Assembly (NCBI GenBank): GCA_037481815.1
Contig: JBBFKX010000003.1
Coordinates: 116,255-180,254, forward strand
Source of the DNA: a candidate division WOR-3 bacterium
Lineage (GTDB): Bacteria; Hydrothermota; 32-111
DNA: 64,000 bases
Direction: 5' to 3'
Below the pieces are notes generated by a model that ran no database searches, was not told the origin of the DNA, and was given only the letters and a program-made list of their open reading frames with translations. Positions within the stretch are counted from its first letter, which is position 1. Every line of letters begins with the position of its first letter. The translations under genes and the position numbers were made by a program. Shown here in pieces: positions 59,802 through 64,000 of the stretch.

Positions 59802-61488
59802 ATTCTACTTGAAATGGTTTTGTGGTCAAGCCCCAGCAAAGTTTTATGCATAGATTCTAAAATTAGTATTCTACTTGAAATGGTTTTGTGGTCAAGCCCC
59901 AGCGAAAAATCCTTTGACTTTTCTACAATGCTTATTCTACTTGAAATGGTTTTGTGGTCAAGCCCCAGCGCGATTATATTCTTCAAAACAAAATCCTCTA
60001 TTCTACTTGAAATGGTTTTGTGGTCAAGCCCCAGCTAAACTATGACAATAGTGAGGATACTGCTAATTCTACTTGAAATGGTTTTGTGGTCAAGCCCCAG
60101 CAACCTTCTTTTGATAATGTCAATATGATAAATTCTACTTGAAATGGTTTTGTGGTCAAGCCCCAGCGGGATAGCGGAGCAATAGAAAGTGATGCATATT
60201 CTACTTGAAATGGTTTTGTGGTCAAGCCCCAGCCAAATAAGAGATGATATAGAAGTACTATATATTCTACTTGAAATGGTTTTGTGGTCAAGCCCCAGCT
60301 ACTCGCTTCTTTCAAGGATGAAAAATAAAATTCTACTTGAAATGGTTTTGTGGTCAAGCCCCAGCGCTGGAGTTTGTTTCAAGTAATGACTCACCATTCT
60401 ACTTGAAATGGTTTTGTGGTCAAGCCCCAGCAACTTATGAGGTTTATAAAAAATTAAACGAATTCTACTTGAAATGGTTTTGTGGTCAAGCCCCAGCAAA
60501 AAAATGTTTTATATATAATAGAAACAAATTCTACTTGAAATGGTTTTGTGGTCAAGCCCCAGCAGCTTTGAACCCGGTTTATACAGTATTCATATTCTAC
60601 TTGAAATGGTTTTGTGGTCAAGCCCCAGCCAATTCTTGTGCTTTGTTTTCAAGTGTGTTATTCTACTTGAAATGGTTTTGTGGTCAAGCCCCAGCAAAGG
60701 AATAGGTGTTGGTTTAGGGGCTGGTATTCTACTTGAAATGGTTTTGTGGTCAAGCCCCAGCCATAGATGGGTCTGATGCATACCCAGATAAATTCTACTT
60801 GAAATGGTTTTGTGGTCAAGCCCCAGCTGTTTAATTTGCTTCCTGTATTGTAATATTATTCTACTTGAAATGGTTTTGTGGTCAAGCCCCAGCCAAAAAC
60901 CAAAATGACAGATGTTGAAAGTGATTCTACTTGAAATGGTTTTGTGGTCAAGCCCCAGCCATAGATGGGTCTGATGCATACCCAGATAAATTCTACTTGA
61001 AATGGTTTTGTGGTCAAGCCCCAGCTGTTTAATTTGCTTCCTGTATTGTAATATTATTCTACTTGAAATGGTTTTGTGGTCAAGCCCCAGCCAAAAACCA
61101 AAATGACAGATGTTGAAAGTGATTCTACTTGAAATGGTTTTGTGGTCAAGCCCCAGCTATCGATTTGGTTTTGTAATAACATGGTTAATTCTACTTGAAA
61201 TGGTTTTGTGGTCAAGCCCCAGCCTCGAGTTTGTTTCAAGTAATGACTCACCAATTCTACTTGAAATGGTTTTGTGGTCAAGCCCCAGCACCCGGCTTCA
61301 ATGTTTTTATCTGTATTGAATTCTACTTGAAATGGTTTTGTGGTCAAGCCCCAGCTCGACTGCACTGGAGATGCTGTTGTTGGAGAATTCTACTTGAAAT
61401 GGTTTTGTGGTCAAGCCCCAGCTCATTTTTTTGTAAAACTTCCTTAAAAAATATTCTACTTGAAATGTTTTTGTGGTCAAGCCCCAGC
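59802..61488 (-). CRISPR. CRISPR array, 26 repeats / 25 spacers; transcription inferred on the minus strand
   Basis: 36-bp repeat ATTCTACTTGAAATGGTTTTGTGGTCAAGCCCCAGC with a 66-bp period from 59802. Spacers are 30 bp (spacer 24 is 31 bp). The last repeat (61453-61488) has G to T at 61468. Orientation comes from tracrRNA complementarity and the promoter motif in the repeat. Confidence 0.97.
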
Positions 61489-61516
61489 TAAGAAGTATAT
61501 TGTTAAATTGTTATTG

Positions 61517-61804
61517 GGGACGGTGCTTGACTTTTTGACTTTTTTTTGTAACTTTATTTTTTTACGAAACTTAAAATTGATATAAATTTTTAGTTTTTTT
61601 TAATTTTTTTAAAACAAAAAAGTAAACTTTTTTATTCAATATCTTTTTTTGCCTTTGTTTATGATAGTTTCGGAATAATATAAATAGTGAAAATACAACA
61701 AAAACCTTAAAAAAATAAATAAAATTCTAACAGTTTTTTTTCGTATAACTTATTTTAAAACAATAAGTTAAAATATTTACTGTCAAAAAGTCAAGCACCG
61801 TCCC
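61517..61804. repeat. MITE-like element: perfect 23-bp terminal inverted repeats around a 242-bp AT-rich non-coding core
   Basis: GGGACGGTGCTTGACTTTTTGAC at 61517-61539 and its exact reverse complement at 61782-61804; no ORF inside; no obvious target-site duplication. Confidence 0.4.
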
Positions 61805-61863
61805 TAAGTTTATTTTTATATTAAAATCTTGTTTTATCTTAAATAACCTGTTATAATTATTTT

Positions 61864-62058
61864 ATGAAAAAACCTGTAAAAATTCTAAAGCAAAAGGAAA
61901 AAGCAGAATTTAATCGAAGTGTCTGGCATAACATGACTCCTGATGAAAGATTACAGATTGTTGAAAAATTAAAAGAAAATTATGTCAAAAGTTTTTTAAA
62001 CAAAAATGCACAAGGATTTAAAAGAGTTTTTAAAAAGTTTAAACGAAAAAAAAGTTGA
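61864..62058 (+). CDS. small hypothetical ORF upstream of and overlapping the NTase-fold gene
   Basis: 64-aa basic ORF; overlaps the next ORF by 53 nt in another frame, so it could be an independent partner gene or a frameshifted N-terminus. Confidence 0.3.
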   Translation: MKKPVKILKQKEKAEFNRSVWHNMTPDERLQIVEKLKENYVKSFLNKNAQGFKRVFKKFKRKKS

Positions 62059-62440
62059 TTACATGATTGTTGGAGGAATAGCAGTAGCATATTACGGTTA
62101 TCCCCGCTACACTGGTGATATAGACATCTGGATAAAAAAGTCAAAAGAAAATGCTCAAAAAGTTATTGAGGTGGTAAAAAATTTTGGCTATTCAAATATC
62201 GATTTATCACTTGAGGATCTCCTTGAAGATAATATGGTTTTTCAATTCGGAGTTGAACCAAATAGAAACGATTTAATCACAGATCTGGATGGTATAACTT
62301 TTGAAAAAGCAGAGAAAAATAAACAATTGATATCTCTTTAAAACATTTCAGTTTATATTGTTTCTCTTGAAGATTTAAAGAAAAATAAAAAGGCATCAGG
62401 AAGATATAAAGATCTTGATGATATTGAAAATCTTCCGTGA
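62006..62440 (+). pseudogene. small nucleotidyltransferase-fold protein interrupted by an in-frame TAA
   Basis: VDYMIVGGIAVAYYGYPRYTGDIDIW (a GG...G-x-D-x-D NTase-type motif). A TAA at 62339-62341 is followed in the same frame by NISVYIVSLEDLKKNKKASGRYKDLDDIENLP, the conserved C-terminus of this family. Confidence 0.55.
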
Positions 62441-62546
62441 TATATAAATAATCGCAATGTGTATTTTATTGTTATTTTTTGATATTAAAATTTAAAAGAA
62501 GCTCTGATTTAAGGGGACAGGTGTTTCAAAGTTCCAAGATCTAATC

Positions 62547-63530
62547 TCAAAATTTTGGAAATACCTCCATGCCATTTTTGTTGAGGTATTTTGTAACACC
62601 AACACTACCATTCTCTTTATACTGAAAAATTTCAACAGCATACCCATAAACATTGTTCACAAGCATATCCTCTTCATCAGTATAAAAAATCTTTTCAAGT
62701 TGTCCTTTTGAGTTGTAAACAAAGCCCTTTTTTGCATAACCAACAATAAAACTCTCTTTCAAATTGCCTTTCTCATCATGATAACTTTCTTCGATTTTTC
62801 TCCCCTTACTATCATATTTCCATCTTTTTATTGGGACATAAAGTTCGTTGGCACCTTTTAAACTATCATTTTTATCATAAAAACTTTCCTCTATCAATCT
62901 TCCATTGTTATCATATTTCCATTTGATTTTAGCACATCCGTATAAATCCTCTGCAATTTCTCCATTTTCAAAATGTTGTTGTTCAACACATCTTCCATCT
63001 GAATCATACAAAAATCTGTATTCTGCAACTCCACAATAATCTTTAACCTGATTTCCATTTTCGTCAAAATTTATGTTTTGAACAACATGTTTTAAATCTT
63101 TTCCTTTTTTATCTTTGAACACCTGATAGAAAAATTTCATTCTATATACACCATCACTCGTTTTGATCTGATTATCATCTTTATCTTTAAAAATAAACTC
63201 TTTACCTAAACTATCATAATTAATAATAATCTTCGCAACACCAAATATTCCACCATTTTTCAGTTTGTTTTGCTGATAATACTCTATCGTCTTCAAAAGG
63301 TCATTTTCATATTTGAAACGATAATACTCAAAATAATTTTCAGGATTTTTCAGTTCATCAACTCCAACAAATTCAAAATTCGTTGAAACCCCATAATCAA
63401 AACTAAGATAAGTGATTTCTTTCTGGTTCTGATTGCAATTGACTTTGCAAACATTTCCAACACACTCCCCTGCAGTTAGAAATAAATTTAATACAAAACC
63501 TATAATAATGAATAAAAAATTTCTTTTCAT
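62547..63530 (-). CDS. secreted repeat protein (YD/RHS-like or MORN-variant-like repeats)
   Basis: Signal peptide; repeated units YDSDGRCVEQQHF, YDNNGRLIEESFYD, YDSKGRKIEESYHD, YNSKGQLEKIFYTD. Confidence 0.55.
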   Translation of the reverse strand: MKRNFLFIIIGFVLNLFLTAGECVGNVCKVNCNQNQKEITYLSFDYGVSTNFEFVGVDELKNPENYFEYYRFKYENDLLKTIEYYQQNKLKNGGIFGVAKIIINYDSLGKEFIFKDKDDNQIKTSDGVYRMKFFYQVFKDKKGKDLKHVVQNINFDENGNQVKDYCGVAEYRFLYDSDGRCVEQQHFENGEIAEDLYGCAKIKWKYDNNGRLIEESFYDKNDSLKGANELYVPIKRWKYDSKGRKIEESYHDEKGNLKESFIVGYAKKGFVYNSKGQLEKIFYTDEEDMLVNNVYGYAVEIFQYKENGSVGVTKYLNKNGMEVFPKF

Positions 63531-63659
63531 AAATCTCCTTTATTTTTCTAAATTCTATAAAAAAAAATAAAATGTTCAATACTTAATTAAAAAAATTTTT
63601 GAGAAAAACCTGATTGTTTGATACATTTCAATCTATAAATCTATTATGGATTAAATAAA

Positions 63660-63679
63660 GGGACAGGCAATTCTGTCCC
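63660..63679 (-). terminator. rho-independent terminator (works on either strand)
   Basis: GGGACAG-gcaatt-CTGTCCC, T-runs on both sides; 15 nt after the stop of the 63694 gene. Confidence 0.6.
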
Positions 63680-63693
63680 TTTTATCAATTAAA

Positions 63694-64000
63694 CTATTTA
63701 ACTATAATAAGTTTACCATTATACTCTTTTTTACCATCAACAAGTTTTATAAAATATACTCCCTTTTTAAGTTTTTTCGTATTCAAAATATAATTTCCTG
63801 GATTTTTATCTTTTTCAAAAATCACCTGTTTACCAGAAACATCATAAACAACTATTTCATTTGTTTTTCCATTCAATGTGTATTCAAAAGAATTAAGATT
63901 AATCTCCATTTTAGTAACATTTTCTTTAAGATTTTCTTTTTCAAGGTTGGTAAGAGTATTTTTCAATATATAAAAACACCCGGATGCAAGATAAACATAA
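63694..64000 (-). CDS. C-terminal fragment of a T9SS-secreted protein (Por C-terminal sorting domain), truncated by the window edge
   Basis: VYDVSGKQVIFEKDKNPGNYILNTKKLKKGVYFIKLVDGKKEYNGKLIIVK is a typical T9SS type-A CTD; the frame stays open upstream of the listed TTG start all the way to 64000. Confidence 0.6.
   Translation of the reverse strand, partial: YVYLASGCFYILKNTLTNLEKENLKENVTKMEINLNSFEYTLNGKTNEIVVYDVSGKQVIFEKDKNPGNYILNTKKLKKGVYFIKLVDGKKEYNGKLIIVK

Noticed and set aside
59759-61491. A dozen 60-130-aa ORFs on both strands with repeating peptides (LLEMVLWSSPS, LGLDHKTISSRI, WGLTTKPFQVE, YLKWFCGQAPA)
   Set aside because: They are translations of the 36-bp CRISPR repeat in different frames. 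The periodicity is 66 nt (22 codons), exactly the repeat-spacer unit.
61516-61539. Similarity between the MITE-like terminus (TGGGGACGGTGCTTGAC) and the minus-sense CRISPR repeat (TGGGGCTTGAC), suggesting a degenerate 27th repeat
   Set aside because: Only 11 nt match, and only if a 6-nt insertion is allowed. The shared core is essentially a TTGAC -35-like box, and there is no similarity over the rest of the repeat. Treated as coincidence.
61864-62058. Treating the 64-aa ORF and the NTase-fold ORF as one frameshifted gene
   Set aside because: This is possible, since the frames overlap for 53 nt and A/T homopolymers are present. I cannot find a junction that restores a recognisable continuous protein, so they are kept separate with low confidence.

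Overview
AT-rich (by eye about one-third G+C, not computed), very gene-dense bacterial chromosome segment. All calls come from reading the ORF translations and the DNA by eye; no searches were run. I call about 55 protein genes, mostly housekeeping, with many short overlaps. They include trpS, a PhoB/PhoR-like pair, panB, alr, comM, an HD-GYP protein, tmRNA (ssrA) and a hybrid histidine kinase. A porin-pstSCAB-phoU operon has a Pho-box-like triple direct repeat upstream. Further genes are lptFG, radC, a B12/radical-SAM enzyme, two sugar ABC permeases, an M20 peptidase and an EF-G paralogue. There is also an SBP-TonB_C fusion lipoprotein, a holB-ricT-metG-tatD-ksgA train, moxR and gyrA. LptFG, TonB_C, a PorV/PorQ-like barrel and a T9SS C-terminal sorting domain point to a diderm, possibly FCB-group-like organism (inference). 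The accessory part begins after gyrA at about 55.2 kb. It holds a complete compact type II-C CRISPR-Cas locus: a minus-strand tracrRNA with its own promoter and terminator, cas9 (about 1032 aa, but broken by one frameshift at about 55770), cas1, cas2 and 26 repeats of 36 bp. The anti-repeat orientation and a full sigma70-like promoter (TTGACC-N16-TAGAAT) inside every repeat indicate the array is transcribed towards the cas genes. A copy of that promoter inside the anti-repeat faces cas9. The array also shows a 198-bp internal duplication of three units, two near-identical spacers offset by 1 nt, and a degenerate cas-distal repeat. It is followed by a 288-bp MITE-like element with perfect 23-bp inverted repeats, then a nucleotidyltransferase-fold pseudogene with an in-frame TAA. 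Smaller oddities are an apparent ACG start on a glycosyltransferase, a probably leaderless phoB, a Cys cluster in TrpRS, and a palindromic divergent promoter at 34.7 kb.
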